DNA from: Oligoflexales bacterium
GTDB lineage: Bacteria > Bdellovibrionota_B > Oligoflexia > Oligoflexales > RGVZ01
Reading direction: 5' to 3'
NCBI GenBank assembly: GCA_947479535.1
Contig: CANJZQ010000005.1
Location: forward strand, 32,401 to 96,400
DNA length: 64,000 nt
The position numbers and the translations under genes were made by a program. The notes under the pieces were generated by a model that saw nothing but the letters and a program-made list of their open reading frames with translations, was not told the DNA's origin and did no database searches. This document shows positions 40,345 through 51,171 of this stretch, in pieces. Position 1 is the stretch's first letter. Every line of letters starts with the position of its first letter.

Positions 40345-42332
40345 ATTTTACTCGCATGTCCACTCATGGTTCCGATGTCCTGGTCATTGACGGCTCGAAC
40401 ATCGACACTGCCGGACTTCACTACGGTTCAAAAGATGCGATTGATGGATTGATCGTTTTTTTGAAGGAGGCTGGTGCGGCCGTCGACGCCTTCGAAGTGG
40501 ATTCCCGCAATCGCAGCAAGATGATTGCCCTGTGCGGATTTAATCCCCCGCCGCAGTTCATGTTGGATGCTGGTGAAGTCCGGATTTTTGACGAGTTGTT
40601 ATCCATTCGCCAGACACTGCGCGAAGCGCTGATTGCCAGCGGCTTCTGGAAAGTCCCTTCGATCTTTCTTGGCCAGGGCGACTGCGCCAGCCCAGTGATG
40701 GAGATCGTACGAATGTGCCGGATGCGCCTTTGGCTGGATTCCTGTTCAGTTTTTCGGGGAGCTCCCGGTCACTGGGCTTTTGGATTGATGGGAGTAGATC
40801 CCTTCAACGGGGCATCCACCCACAATGGTGTCGTCATGGCCCCATGGGAGATTTCGGTTGAGGGAGCCCAGAAAATTGGGTTTCTCGATGCCTGCCTCGA
40901 ATTCGATCCCGAATCCCATGCCGTGCCTGCTCTGATCGATCGATTCGCACCGCTATTGCAAGGCCGCGTCAGACTCGATCCCGATGATTCAAGACGGTCT
41001 GGCGACCCCGGCTTTCGGGATCTGCTGGTTCGCAATCGGCAAAAGTTCGGACGATTTTCTCAAGGCAGTTCGCGGAACTTGCTAGATGCAATGGAAAAGG
41101 CCCCGTCTGATTTTGCAGGAGCAGAGCTGGCCGCAGTTTACCTTGGCGTGAATCAAAGTCGGGAGATCGATCCGGCCTCGACGAAGCCCGCAAACGGCGA
41201 CCTGCCAGTTTTCGGGCTCCAGGTATTTGGTATGGCTGTGGACCTTTCGGAGGGGGTTCTCGCCCCAGGTTTTTTAATGGACCTTGCGCGGCGAAACGGG
41301 CTTATTTTTTTGACCGCCAGCCAAACCGTGCATCTCCCAAGCCGCCTTGAGGCACAAAAGGCCAGCCTTGCAACCAGGCTCGGCTCAAACAAGGCCCAGG
41401 CTTTCTGGGACCGGAATGTGATTCCTTGCGCAGCTGGATCAATAGATTCTGGCCACGTGCCGTTACCGGTCATTCGCCCCAGAGGAACTGACAGCATAAC
41501 GATCGACATACCCGGCGAGGGGCGTTGGTCGATCGATCTTTTGCCTGGTTTGGCGGAGGCTAGTGCTTCGCTTGTCGATGCTTGGAAAATGATGCCGGCG
41601 GTCGTGCGTTCCAGCCCCTCTGATTGGCCGCGCAGTGATGATGCAGATTGGCTTGGGCGCCGCCCTGGTCTTACTGAAGTACTGCGTGTCTTCACCGGGG
41701 GTGTGATTTTCAGTCATGATTTCAAAGCCGCCGGGTTTCGCTCGCTCTTCCAGCATTTGTTGGCCTGCCATACCGTTCACTCCGGCTGGCTTTTAGAGGA
41801 TGCCTGGAAGGAATTGAGCGGCAATGGCTGGCTTCTGGATGCCGTGACGCCAATTCGGAAAACATTGGAACTGGCTGGAGTGGTTGAAACAAAAACACCG
41901 GGTAGGGACCAGAAATTTGGCGTTCCTTTGCCGGCAATCAACATACACGCCAGAGCCTTGGTCGAATGGATGGCTGGTTCCTTGGGTAAGGATCCTGGGG
42001 GAAAGTCCCTGCTTCGGCGGTTGACCGGGATTCCACCATCTTCGATGGTCGTCTTGTCTGGTGACGATAAACCCGCCGTAGGACTTCCAGTTCACCTTTT
42101 TTCAGAGGTGCCAGTGGCATTTTTTCCACTCTCTCCCAAATGTGCAAGTCCAGTCGGCCCGGGCTCTTCTTTGGCAGGCATGGAAATTCCGGGAGAACTT
42201 GTCCGTAAAAAAAGTTTAGAAAATCATTTTCAATCTATTGTCATGCAAATGCCACAGCGGCTCGTCGATGCCGTGTCGAAAACCACACAGATTCCTGCCA
42301 CGGTCTGGGTTAAAAGTCTGGCAGCAGACTGA
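40341..42332 (+). CDS. Degenerate FadJ/FadB-like (crotonase plus hydroxyacyl-CoA dehydrogenase) protein
   Basis: VPSIFLGQGDCASPVMEIVRMCRMRL resembles crotonase PVVAAIxGxCLGGGxELALACxxRI. ISVEGAQKIGFLD resembles the A-x-x-x-G-L-V-D segment. A Rossmann-like segment follows without GxGxxG. Confidence 0.55.
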   Translation: MNFTRMSTHGSDVLVIDGSNIDTAGLHYGSKDAIDGLIVFLKEAGAAVDAFEVDSRNRSKMIALCGFNPPPQFMLDAGEVRIFDELLSIRQTLREALIASGFWKVPSIFLGQGDCASPVMEIVRMCRMRLWLDSCSVFRGAPGHWAFGLMGVDPFNGASTHNGVVMAPWEISVEGAQKIGFLDACLEFDPESHAVPALIDRFAPLLQGRVRLDPDDSRRSGDPGFRDLLVRNRQKFGRFSQGSSRNLLDAMEKAPSDFAGAELAAVYLGVNQSREIDPASTKPANGDLPVFGLQVFGMAVDLSEGVLAPGFLMDLARRNGLIFLTASQTVHLPSRLEAQKASLATRLGSNKAQAFWDRNVIPCAAGSIDSGHVPLPVIRPRGTDSITIDIPGEGRWSIDLLPGLAEASASLVDAWKMMPAVVRSSPSDWPRSDDADWLGRRPGLTEVLRVFTGGVIFSHDFKAAGFRSLFQHLLACHTVHSGWLLEDAWKELSGNGWLLDAVTPIRKTLELAGVVETKTPGRDQKFGVPLPAINIHARALVEWMAGSLGKDPGGKSLLRRLTGIPPSSMVVLSGDDKPAVGLPVHLFSEVPVAFFPLSPKCASPVGPGSSLAGMEIPGELVRKKSLENHFQSIVMQMPQRLVDAVSKTTQIPATVWVKSLAAD

Positions 42333-42370
42333 CTGGCGGCCGGACATAGTTTCTGCTAATTAAATCAAGC

Positions 42371-43276
42371 ATGCAAAAATCAATTCAAAATACCATCAAG
42401 CAGTGCGTTGAGTTTTCCGGCGTCGGATTACACTCTGGAAGACCGGCTAAAATGTCCGTGCATCCGGCCGGGATGGATCACGGTGTTGTTTTCAAACGGA
42501 CAGATTCGGCTTCTGCCCTGCCGGTGAAGGCATCATGGGAATTTGTCAGCATCACGGATCTTTCGACTTCCGTTGGCGAAAACGAATCACGCGTATCGAC
42601 GATCGAGCACTTGATGGCTGCGCTTTGCGGCCTTGGTATCGATAACGCGCTAGTGGAAATTGCTGGCCCTGAGGTTCCGATCCTGGATGGCAGCGCAAAG
42701 CCATTTGTCGAAGCTTTTACTTCCGTCGGCCTTCAGCCCCAGGATGCTCCAAAGCTGGTATGGCGCATCAAGAAGCCATTTTTGTTTGAAGAAGGTGGCA
42801 AAGTGGTAAAGCTGGAGCCAGCCGATTTCACGGAGTACCGTTGCACCATCAGTTTTTCTGACTCTGTGATTGGCCGGCAGACCATTGTTTACCGGCACTC
42901 ATTGAAGGCCTTCACTGAACTTGCAATGGCCCGGACGTTTTGCCATTACCGCGACATTGACACCATGAGGCGTGCTGGACTCGCGTTGGGCGGCTCGCTT
43001 GAAAATGCAGTCGTGGTAACGGACGAAGGTGTCATGAACCCGGATGGCCTCAAGGGTGGGGATGAATTCGTTCGCCACAAGTTGCTAGATGCGATTGGGG
43101 ATCTCTCGTTACTTGGAGCCCCCTTGGCCGGTCGGGTGACCTTGTACAAAACAGGTCATGGAATCCACGCCAAGTTTATGCGTGAGCTGATGAAAAACAA
43201 GGATGACATTCTTGAACTGATAGCCACGCCTCAGGCGGAGGCTGGGTCAGCTGGATCCGTGGAACTACGGGTGTGA
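42371..43276 (+). CDS. lpxC: UDP-3-O-acyl-GlcNAc deacetylase
   Basis: GVGLHSG, TIEHLMAAL, EVPILDGSA, GGSLENA and HKLLDAIGDL motifs. Confidence 0.97.
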   Translation: MQKSIQNTIKQCVEFSGVGLHSGRPAKMSVHPAGMDHGVVFKRTDSASALPVKASWEFVSITDLSTSVGENESRVSTIEHLMAALCGLGIDNALVEIAGPEVPILDGSAKPFVEAFTSVGLQPQDAPKLVWRIKKPFLFEEGGKVVKLEPADFTEYRCTISFSDSVIGRQTIVYRHSLKAFTELAMARTFCHYRDIDTMRRAGLALGGSLENAVVVTDEGVMNPDGLKGGDEFVRHKLLDAIGDLSLLGAPLAGRVTLYKTGHGIHAKFMRELMKNKDDILELIATPQAEAGSAGSVELRV

Positions 43277-44220
43277 CCTTGTCCCGTCAGGACTCCAAGC
43301 AGGGCAGACGCGCCCCGATACCAACATTTTCTTTGCAGATTTTTAAGCACGTCAGAAATATCCGCTGTGACAATTTCATTTTGTAGTTTTCCGTCAATGT
43401 CATGAAACCAGCCTATTTCTTCGATAAATTCTTCCTCGTTTTTCGCAAATAGCGCTAGCTTTGCTGCATAAACGATCAGAAGGCTCTTGTTTGAATCAGC
43501 CGCAAAAATTTGACGGATCGCGGCTATTGCCTCCGACCTTTTCTGTGAACCAGCCGAAGGATTGGATTCACAAATGGTGCAGGCAATGGCGCAATGCAGA
43601 ACGACCACTTCAGGGCCAAGGCCATGGATCATCGTGCATGACTGGAGAGCCTGCCAGGCCTCATCATACTGTCCGATCACGAATGCAGCCTTGGCCAATT
43701 GAAACCAGAGGGCCGCATCGCGCTCGTTTAGGGCAAGTGCAACGCGGAGGCTTTCCATGGCTTGGTGCGGTTGACCGCTTTCCAGGTACGCCTGCCCCAT
43801 GAGTCCATGGACGTGATATCCGTGGTCGTCGATCTTTTCACATTCCTCGATGCAAATTTCAAATTGATCCATATTGAATGCAAGCCACGCGCTCGTGAAG
43901 CGCAGCGCCGCCAGACCCGTGAGGTTTGTCATTCTGAGGATCGTGGCGAAGGTCTTTTTTTCTTTTTCCCACTCAAACGATGATGCGGCAATTGAGGAAA
44001 TGATGTCGACGGCACTTTGTCCGTTTTCATTCAGGATCTGCTCGGCATGAAGAAAGTCGCCAAGTGGATTGCCTGAAACCTCGCAAAATAGTGAGCTGGC
44101 CTTTACCCAGGTTTCAATCCGGGCTGCTCCGGATTGCCGGGTGATGGAGTCGCAGGCTGAGATTAGGATTTCAGATGGCGTCATGCCGTTTCCATTGGAG
44201 TTGATGATTTCAGGCATCAT
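43231..44220 (-). CDS. TPR-repeat protein
   Basis: GLMGQAYLESG...ALWFQLAKAAF TPR units. Confidence 0.7.
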   Translation of the reverse strand: MMPEIINSNGNGMTPSEILISACDSITRQSGAARIETWVKASSLFCEVSGNPLGDFLHAEQILNENGQSAVDIISSIAASSFEWEKEKKTFATILRMTNLTGLAALRFTSAWLAFNMDQFEICIEECEKIDDHGYHVHGLMGQAYLESGQPHQAMESLRVALALNERDAALWFQLAKAAFVIGQYDEAWQALQSCTMIHGLGPEVVVLHCAIACTICESNPSAGSQKRSEAIAAIRQIFAADSNKSLLIVYAAKLALFAKNEEEFIEEIGWFHDIDGKLQNEIVTADISDVLKNLQRKCWYRGASALLGVLTGQGHTRSSTDPADPASA

Positions 44221-44293
44221 ATCACGGTGAAGGAAAACCTGTGTCGCCTCCCCCCTCAGATGTCCTTGGTCAACAAGTCATGGTTCTGGCTTG

Positions 44294-45769
44294 ATGCTGA
44301 CACGCGAGGCTATTCCTTGCCGCATGTCCGGAGGCGCCTTGATCGTACTTGTTGGAATGATGCTTTGTTTCGCCTCTGGAATTTCTTTAGGGCCCTTGGG
44401 GATTGTCCTATTTTGCCTTGTGGGGATTGTCCTTTTTTCATGGAACCTCGGTCACCCAGCTGTCCATCATGGCTCCTCTGCGCGATTCTCTACCGGGTCT
44501 GCGTGCTGGCTGGCGGGATCTTTTTTTTGGGGTCTTACCAATCATGGAGATTTCCGCTCCATTCGCCCCGGTGTTTTTCAGATTGTTGCCACAGGCAGCG
44601 CTTATTCATCCCACGGCACGACCGTTTTGATTGAGGGGACGAGGGGGCGAACACTTGTGAGTCTGGCGCATGCGGTCTCATCAAATCAAGTTGGACAGAC
44701 GATCAACCTGCGCAAGTGTGGGCATGGGCGTTGGATGATTCCCGGGCGCTGTGTGGTGCAACACGAGCAGGCCGCAAACCTGGGAAAGGGCCCCCAGTCT
44801 AATGGGAAGACCTTGCGTGGTGTGATTTTTTCCCTGCGGCGCGCTGCCAGTAATTACCTCAATTCTTTTGGCCCGGTGGCAGGAGCGTGGTTGAAGGCTT
44901 TGCTGCTTGGTATGGCAACCAACAGTAGTGGCCACCTACTGGAATCTTTCCGTGGCATTGGCCTGCTTCATTTTCTAGTCGTGAGTGGAGCCCACGTGAC
45001 GCTCGTGCACCGGTTCACTCACGGTTTTATGCTAGTTTTGCGGCGGGTTGCCGGAGGATTCATTCCATTCCTGCCGCCCATTTCTTCTGGGCCAAATTGG
45101 TTGCTCGCCGCACCGTCGCTGGTGGTGACAGGATTGTTTTGCCTGTTGGCCGGGCTGGAACCGCCGGTTCAACGCTCCCTTTGTGGCCTTTGTGTGGTGC
45201 AGGCCTTGGACGCATCCGGGGCAAGGCCATCGCGCGGTGCCACCATTGCGTCGACATTTCTTTTGCAGGCGTTCTTGTGGCCCGTTGGATTTCTCTCCCG
45301 CTCAAATCTTTTGAGCTGGGTGGCCTGGTTGATTGTTCTTTTGGCGAGGCCTGCTTTAACGGTGTGGCCGTCTTTTGGAAGAGCCTGCTTTCGGCAAATG
45401 CTCATGGCGTTTGCCCTCGCAACCATTACAGGAATCGGAGCCTGCGCAGGCATCATCGCTAATCTGGTTTTTCTTCCTGTGCTCGAGATTTTTTTTATTT
45501 TTTGCATCGTGGTGACGGTCGCAGGGCCAAACTTTGGAGCCATGGTTGATTTCAACCGCATGGTGGAAACCATTTGCGAATGGGCATTTTTGATTTCACA
45601 GAAGGCGAGCGGCGGAATTTTTTATCAGCTGGATGCATGGATCACCCACCCGCATGTCAGGGTTGGGTTAATCGTTATGGCCTGGGTCTGGGCCTGCCTC
45701 TACGTAACCTCAACCCTGCTGGCCTCTGAAAGGCCATCGATTCCCATCCCGGGATTCACAGCCGATTGA
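44294..45769 (+). CDS. comEC: ComEC/Rec2 competence-domain membrane protein without beta-lactamase domain
   Basis: ALLLG, FRGIGLLHFLVVSGAHV, PPVQRS and ANL motifs; many TM segments. Start uncertain. Confidence 0.75.
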   Translation: MLTREAIPCRMSGGALIVLVGMMLCFASGISLGPLGIVLFCLVGIVLFSWNLGHPAVHHGSSARFSTGSACWLAGSFFWGLTNHGDFRSIRPGVFQIVATGSAYSSHGTTVLIEGTRGRTLVSLAHAVSSNQVGQTINLRKCGHGRWMIPGRCVVQHEQAANLGKGPQSNGKTLRGVIFSLRRAASNYLNSFGPVAGAWLKALLLGMATNSSGHLLESFRGIGLLHFLVVSGAHVTLVHRFTHGFMLVLRRVAGGFIPFLPPISSGPNWLLAAPSLVVTGLFCLLAGLEPPVQRSLCGLCVVQALDASGARPSRGATIASTFLLQAFLWPVGFLSRSNLLSWVAWLIVLLARPALTVWPSFGRACFRQMLMAFALATITGIGACAGIIANLVFLPVLEIFFIFCIVVTVAGPNFGAMVDFNRMVETICEWAFLISQKASGGIFYQLDAWITHPHVRVGLIVMAWVWACLYVTSTLLASERPSIPIPGFTAD

Positions 45770-46830
45770 GCCATCACAGGCAATTTATTTTTCATGGCAC
45801 TCAAATAAAGGCTGGCTGCGCTAATGATGCCAGCAAAGGCTGCGACCAGAAAAAAAGCAGGGTGCCAGGCGGCTCCTAGAAGGAACATGACCACGGCGGC
45901 AACCCCGGTCACAATGGCGTTGACGCCAACTTTGTCGGTCCGCGTGAGGGCCAGCTCTCCGTGAAGCACACCCGAGCTGTAGCCCTCGACCAGCACATGT
46001 TTCAAGGCTGGCTTGTAGAAGTGGCGCAAGGCAGTTTGCGGGCGATAATAATAGGTGACATGCCAGAATGGCAGGTGAATCAGCTGGATTCCTGCAATTT
46101 CGATTTCCGTCCGGCATTCAATCAAGAAATCGACATATTGGCTGGCAATCTGATTGTGGTACTGGTCCACATGCTGGCTGGCCCGCCTGATGGCTGATTC
46201 CTCGTCCACTTCGATACCCGAGATGGGCAATCCGTTGGCAAATTTGAACTCGAAGGCCTCTTTGGCATCATAAGCCGAGCGGTCTGCCTGTGGCTTTTCG
46301 ATGTGCCCGCGGGAAAAGGTCGAGTCCAGGGGAAAGCCGTCCCAGTTGACCAGGATTTTTTCCTTTGGTTCATGCATCCGTGCGATGCCCCAAAGTTCAC
46401 AAATATTATTTCGGGCGTTGATGCCCCACCGGTAAGTCCGCCGGAACTTTCCGTTTTCATTAAGGAAGTCTGAACCGTTCCCATGATCCTGGATCCTCGT
46501 CCGGCGCTGGGCCAGACCAGACCAATCCGAATGAGCCTCGAGGGAGATCACCCAAAAAGGGATGCTGAGTCCCTCGACCGAGGCAACCACGTATTCCTTG
46601 TCGACCATCTTCGGGTTGTGGTGGAGGCGCCTCAACCATTCCAGGGTCATATCCCTGACGGCCTTGGGGGCCATGGTGTTCGGGATGATGTAATGGTCGA
46701 GAAAGGGCTCTTTCTCGCCGGTCTCGACGTTGTGTTTGAACGTTTCCGAGCAAAACGGGCAGATCATCAAGTAGTTCTTGAAGTCGTACTGGGCTGATGT
46801 TCCGCAGGTCGGACAGGCTAATTCATGCAT
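45700..46830 (-). CDS. Zinc-ribbon protein with two C-terminal TM helices
   Basis: CPTCG...CPFC N-terminus, IPFW/LPFW repeated motif and hydrophobic C-terminus. Confidence 0.75.
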   Translation of the reverse strand: MHELACPTCGTSAQYDFKNYLMICPFCSETFKHNVETGEKEPFLDHYIIPNTMAPKAVRDMTLEWLRRLHHNPKMVDKEYVVASVEGLSIPFWVISLEAHSDWSGLAQRRTRIQDHGNGSDFLNENGKFRRTYRWGINARNNICELWGIARMHEPKEKILVNWDGFPLDSTFSRGHIEKPQADRSAYDAKEAFEFKFANGLPISGIEVDEESAIRRASQHVDQYHNQIASQYVDFLIECRTEIEIAGIQLIHLPFWHVTYYYRPQTALRHFYKPALKHVLVEGYSSGVLHGELALTRTDKVGVNAIVTGVAAVVMFLLGAAWHPAFFLVAAFAGIISAASLYLSAMKNKLPVMAQSAVNPGMGIDGLSEASRVEVT

Positions 46831-46966
46831 GGACCGCAGTCCTCCTGAAAAAATTTTAACATGAATCGGTTGACATCACGATTCTCGGCCTTAAGTTGCA
46901 TGCATCAGGGTGGTCAGCCGGGCGGAGCCGGAACCAGCAGGAGGCCGTGTGGGCGGATGGGCAACC

Positions 46967-46990
46967 CTTGAAAAAGTTACAAATCCATAA
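46967..46990 (+). promoter_or_regulatory. Possible RpoH (sigma32)-type promoter of dnaK
   Basis: CTTGAAA followed by ATCCATAA. The spacing is shorter than the E. coli consensus. Confidence 0.4.
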
Positions 46991-47005
46991 TGAAATGGGG
47001 AACAT

Positions 47006-48913
47006 ATGGGAAATAAAATCATCGGAATCGACTTGGGTACGACCAACTCTGTGGTGGCTATCATGGAGCAAGGGCAGCCTAAAATCATCGCCAACGCAGA
47101 AGGCCAACGGACCACACCAAGTGTCGTGGCTTTCACAAAAGATGGGGACGTTTTGGTTGGGGCGGCAGCCCGCCGCCAGTCGGTCACCAATCCTGAGCGC
47201 ACCGTTTATTCCGCCAAGCGATTTATTGGCTGCACTTTTAGCGAACGCGAAGACGAGAGCAAGCGGGTTCCCTACAAAGTGATCAAGGGCCGCGGCAATC
47301 TCGCCGTGTTCGACATCGACGGCAAGGAACACACTCCGCCCGAAATTGCGGCAAAGGTCTTGGCAAAACTCAAGCAAGCGGCCGAGGATTATCTTGGCGA
47401 AAGTGTCACCGAGGCTGTGATCACAGTTCCCGCGTATTTTAACGACAGCCAGCGCCAGGCAACCAAAGATGCGGGCAAGATCGCTGGCCTCGATGTAAAG
47501 CGCATTGTCGCTGAGCCGACCGCGGCGGCCTTGGCCTACGGCCTCGACAAGAAAAAAAATGAGAAGATCGTGGTTTACGATTTCGGTGGCGGTACCTTTG
47601 ATATTTCCATTCTGGAAGTCGGAGAAAACGTCGTTGAAGTGCTTGCAACCAACGGTGATACCCACCTTGGCGGCGACAACGTTGACGAAGTTTTGATCGA
47701 TTACCTTGTGAAGGAGTTCAAGGGCAGCACGGGCATCGACGTCTCCAAGGATGCAATGGCCATGCAGCGCCTCAAGGAAGCCGCTGAGAAGGCTAAAATA
47801 GAACTTTCTTCGGCACAGGCAACAGACATCAATTTGCCATTTTTGACGGCGGATCAGTCCGGACCGAAGCACTTGAACGTATCGCTGAACCGCTCCAAGT
47901 TTGAGCAACTGATTGGCGATATCGTTGAGAAGACCATGGCTCCATGCCGCCAAGTCCTCAAGGACGCCGGACTGCAGGCGTCTCAAATCAACGAAGTTTT
48001 GCTCGTTGGTGGATCGACTCGTATTCCGCTGGTCCAGCAGAAGGTGAAGGATTTCTTCAACAAGGAACCAAACCGGACCGTGAATCCGGATGAAGTGGTG
48101 GCAATTGGAGCCGCAGTTCAGGCTGGTATCCTTGCTGGTGAAGTGAAAGATGTTCTTCTTCTTGACGTGACACCGCTCTCTCTTGGAATCGAGACTCTCG
48201 GTGGAGTCATGACCAAGCTGATCGAGCGCAATACGACAATTCCGACCCGTCGCGCCCAAGTCTTTTCGACTGCGGCTGACAGTCAGACGTCGGTGGAAAT
48301 CAATGTCCTGCAGGGTGAACGTGAGATGGCGCGCGACAACCGCCAGCTCTCTCGCTTTAGCCTCGTCGATCTTCCCACAGCGCCGCGCGGCGTGCCGCAA
48401 ATTGAAGTGGCCTTTGACATCGATGCCAACGGCATTGTCTCCGTCTCCGCAAAAGACTTGGGGACTGGCAAGGAGCAAAAAATTACGGTTCAGGCTTCGA
48501 CCAAGCTGAGCGAAGATGAAATCAGCCGGATGGTGAAAGACGCGGAAATTCACAAGGAAGAAGACCAGAAAAAGCGCGAACAGATCCAAGCCCGCAATGC
48601 CCTTGATTCCATGATCTTCCAGGCCGAGAAAATGATCCGTGAAAACGGGGATAAACTTCCGGCTGAACTGAAGGGTGAAGTTGAGACGGCTGTTGCTGCG
48701 GCCAAGACCAAGCTCGATGTTGAAGATGCTGCTGTGATCGAGGCGGCCAGAGCAGAGCTTGAATCGAAAATGCACAAGTTGGCCGAGGAGCTTTACAAGT
48801 CTGCCCAGGCCAGCGGCGAGGCGGCAAAGGCTGAACCCGGCAAGGAATCAACCAAGAAGTCTGATTCAGATGTGGTTGATGCTGAGTACGAGGACAATTC
48901 CAGCAATCCCTAA
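47006..48913 (+). CDS. dnaK: Chaperone DnaK (Hsp70)
   Basis: [38 protein letters not shown] and DAEYE motifs. Confidence 0.98.
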   Translation: MGNKIIGIDLGTTNSVVAIMEQGQPKIIANAEGQRTTPSVVAFTKDGDVLVGAAARRQSVTNPERTVYSAKRFIGCTFSEREDESKRVPYKVIKGRGNLAVFDIDGKEHTPPEIAAKVLAKLKQAAEDYLGESVTEAVITVPAYFNDSQRQATKDAGKIAGLDVKRIVAEPTAAALAYGLDKKKNEKIVVYDFGGGTFDISILEVGENVVEVLATNGDTHLGGDNVDEVLIDYLVKEFKGSTGIDVSKDAMAMQRLKEAAEKAKIELSSAQATDINLPFLTADQSGPKHLNVSLNRSKFEQLIGDIVEKTMAPCRQVLKDAGLQASQINEVLLVGGSTRIPLVQQKVKDFFNKEPNRTVNPDEVVAIGAAVQAGILAGEVKDVLLLDVTPLSLGIETLGGVMTKLIERNTTIPTRRAQVFSTAADSQTSVEINVLQGEREMARDNRQLSRFSLVDLPTAPRGVPQIEVAFDIDANGIVSVSAKDLGTGKEQKITVQASTKLSEDEISRMVKDAEIHKEEDQKKREQIQARNALDSMIFQAEKMIRENGDKLPAELKGEVETAVAAAKTKLDVEDAAVIEAARAELESKMHKLAEELYKSAQASGEAAKAEPGKESTKKSDSDVVDAEYEDNSSNP

Positions 48914-48919
48914 TGAGCA

Positions 48920-49029
48920 GTCATCCTACGGACCGGTCCTCACCTGAGGTCCGGTCCGTCATCCTGATACCGGGTCCGTCATCCTGATGCCGGGTCCGTC
49001 ATCCTGAGCGCAGCGAAGGATCTTTTCTT
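48920..49029 (+). repeat. REP-like element with tandemly amplified 5' end
   Basis: GGTCCGTCATCCTGA occurs three times at a 20-bp period (GTC at 48958, 48978, 48998). The third continues as GTCATCCTGAGCGCAGCGAAGGATCTTTTCTT. Confidence 0.8.
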
Positions 49030-49045
49030 CCGCCGCAGAAGAACC

Positions 49046-49798
49046 TCAGGCCTTCCGCGAGTCCATAAACGATTTCAACAAGTCCACAGGCACCGGAAAG
49101 ACGATTGTCGAATGTTGCTCCGACGCAATATCCGATAAGGTTTGAAGGTAGCGTAGTTGTACAGACACCGGGTTCTGCGACAAGATGTCCGCCGCCTCGC
49201 GTAGTTTTGCTGCAGACTGCATTTCGCCTTCGGCGGCGATGATTTTTGCGCGGCGCTCCCGCTCAGATTCAGCCTCACGGGCCATTGCCCTCTGCATTTC
49301 CTGTGGCATATCAATGTCTTTTACCTCGACGGATGCCACTTTGATTCCCCAAGACTCGGTGTTTTGGTCCAGGATCTGTTGGAGTTGGTCGTTGATTTTT
49401 TCACGCTCGGTCAGCAGGTCATCAAGCGTGTGTTGACCAAGGATCGAACGCAGGTGAGTCTGGGCAAGTTGAGTCGTAGCATAAAGAAAGTTCTCGATGT
49501 TGATCACCGCCTTGCGTGGATCGACGACCCGGAAATAAAGGACGGCGTTTACTTTCAGACTTACGTTGTCCCGGCTGATGACATCCTGTGGATCAATGGA
49601 CATGGTCACTGTTCGGATGGAAACGCGGACCATCCGGTCAATCAGCGGTATCAAGATCACGGGTCCCGGTCCCTTGGGCGTGCCAAGGACTCGACCCAGG
49701 CGGAACACGACGCCGCGCTCGTATTCTTGTAAAATTTTGATGGACGAAGCCAGAAACGCCAAAGCCAACATGAAAAACAGAAAACTTCCAGAAGCCAC
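49046..49798 (-). CDS. SPFH/band-7 stomatin-like protein
   Basis: [33 protein letters not shown] and [12 protein letters not shown] motifs; GTG start with GGAGGG RBS. Confidence 0.92.
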   Translation of the reverse strand: MASGSFLFFMLALAFLASSIKILQEYERGVVFRLGRVLGTPKGPGPVILIPLIDRMVRVSIRTVTMSIDPQDVISRDNVSLKVNAVLYFRVVDPRKAVINIENFLYATTQLAQTHLRSILGQHTLDDLLTEREKINDQLQQILDQNTESWGIKVASVEVKDIDMPQEMQRAMAREAESERERRAKIIAAEGEMQSAAKLREAADILSQNPVSVQLRYLQTLSDIASEQHSTIVFPVPVDLLKSFMDSRKA

Positions 49799-49838
49799 GG
49801 TCAGCCCTCCCCGGGTTTTTAATGCAGTGTCAGGTATC

Positions 49839-51155
49839 TTATTCCAAAAACAATTTGAGACCATCAACGCGCGAAATTTTTAGTGACTCACCCGCCACGG
49901 CAGTTTTGCCTGACGCAACCTCACCGGTCCAAATCTCTCCTTGAACCCGGACTTGACCGGTCGTGCCAGTGAAATCCCGGATCACCTCTGCCTCTTGGCC
50001 GATCATCCCCTCAGAGCCACTTTTAACCCGTGAACGAATCGCCTTGAGGGTAACAAGTCCAATGAGGGCAAGAAATCCAGCAATGGCTGCCGCGCCAGGA
50101 AGGATGGTCCAGAACGAAATAGTGATGCCGTATTCTGGTTCAACAAGCAGCGAGGAGCCAAGGATAAAAGCAATCAGCCCGCCAATGCCAAGGGATCCAA
50201 AGCTTGGTACATAGATTTCTGCCACCATCATGGCAATTCCCGCGACAAGCAGCAGGAGTCCCCCAAAATTAATCGGCAGAATGGACATGGACGTCAGGGC
50301 CAAGATCATGCAGATCGCTCCCACGACACCAGGAAGGATGACTCCAGGGTGTGTCAGTTCAAATCCAAGACCAATGATTCCTGCAAGAAACAGCAGGTAG
50401 AACAAATTTGGATCCGAAATGATTTCCAGCAGGCGATGGCGGATGTTTTTTTCGAAACGGACGACTTTTGCGCCCTTGAGTTCAAGGGTGATGTTTTTTC
50501 CCGATTCAATTGTCACGGTTTTTCCACTGGCCGACGAAAGAAGTTCGTCCAATGAACCTGCCATCAGATCGATCACCTTGTTGGACAGGGCTTCTTCGGA
50601 AGTGATCGATTCTGACGCCAGGACAAACGATCGCGCCAACTCTATGTTTCTGCCTCGCGCCTTGGCTATGGCTTCGGCCATGGCAAGGGTGTCATTTAGC
50701 GATTTCTCCGCAGCAATCTTGCCATCGCCGCCATCTTTGTTTCCCGGGTAGCCGACCCCTATTGGATGTGCTGCTCCAATGTTGGTGGCAGGTGCCATCG
50801 CCGCAACATGCGCGGCCATGGTGATGAACGCACCCGCACTAGCCGCCCGTGCGCCCTTTGGACCCACCCAGACAATCACGGGAAGGGGCGCATTAAGAAT
50901 TTGCTGGACCATGGACCGCGTTGATTCAAGCAATCCGCCAGGAGTATCAAGGATGAGAACAAGTACCGACGCCTTGTTTTCGGCGGCAGATTTGATGGAG
51001 GACGCGAGAATGTCAGTGCTGGCCGGGCCGATGATTCCAATTTCGGAAACGATCGCAACTGGCATCGTCGGCGCAGTTGATTCGCTAGCTCCCAGCGCAG
51101 ATGCAAGCGTGGGGATCAAAATTCCAACAGACCATAAAAATTTACCGACGTGCAA
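49839..51155 (-). CDS. nfeD: Long-form NfeD membrane serine protease (ClpP-like, TM and OB domains)
   Basis: [20 protein letters not shown] and [10 protein letters not shown] motifs; TTG start with GGAGGG RBS. Confidence 0.9.
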   Translation of the reverse strand: MHVGKFLWSVGILIPTLASALGASESTAPTMPVAIVSEIGIIGPASTDILASSIKSAAENKASVLVLILDTPGGLLESTRSMVQQILNAPLPVIVWVGPKGARAASAGAFITMAAHVAAMAPATNIGAAHPIGVGYPGNKDGGDGKIAAEKSLNDTLAMAEAIAKARGRNIELARSFVLASESITSEEALSNKVIDLMAGSLDELLSSASGKTVTIESGKNITLELKGAKVVRFEKNIRHRLLEIISDPNLFYLLFLAGIIGLGFELTHPGVILPGVVGAICMILALTSMSILPINFGGLLLLVAGIAMMVAEIYVPSFGSLGIGGLIAFILGSSLLVEPEYGITISFWTILPGAAAIAGFLALIGLVTLKAIRSRVKSGSEGMIGQEAEVIRDFTGTTGQVRVQGEIWTGEVASGKTAVAGESLKISRVDGLKLFLE

Positions 51156-51171
51156 GGCACCCCTCCGCGTT

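Noticed and set aside
46856-48775. 639-aa ORF antisense to dnaK
   Set aside because: This is the well-known shadow ORF opposite dnaK/hsp70 genes, produced by codon bias.
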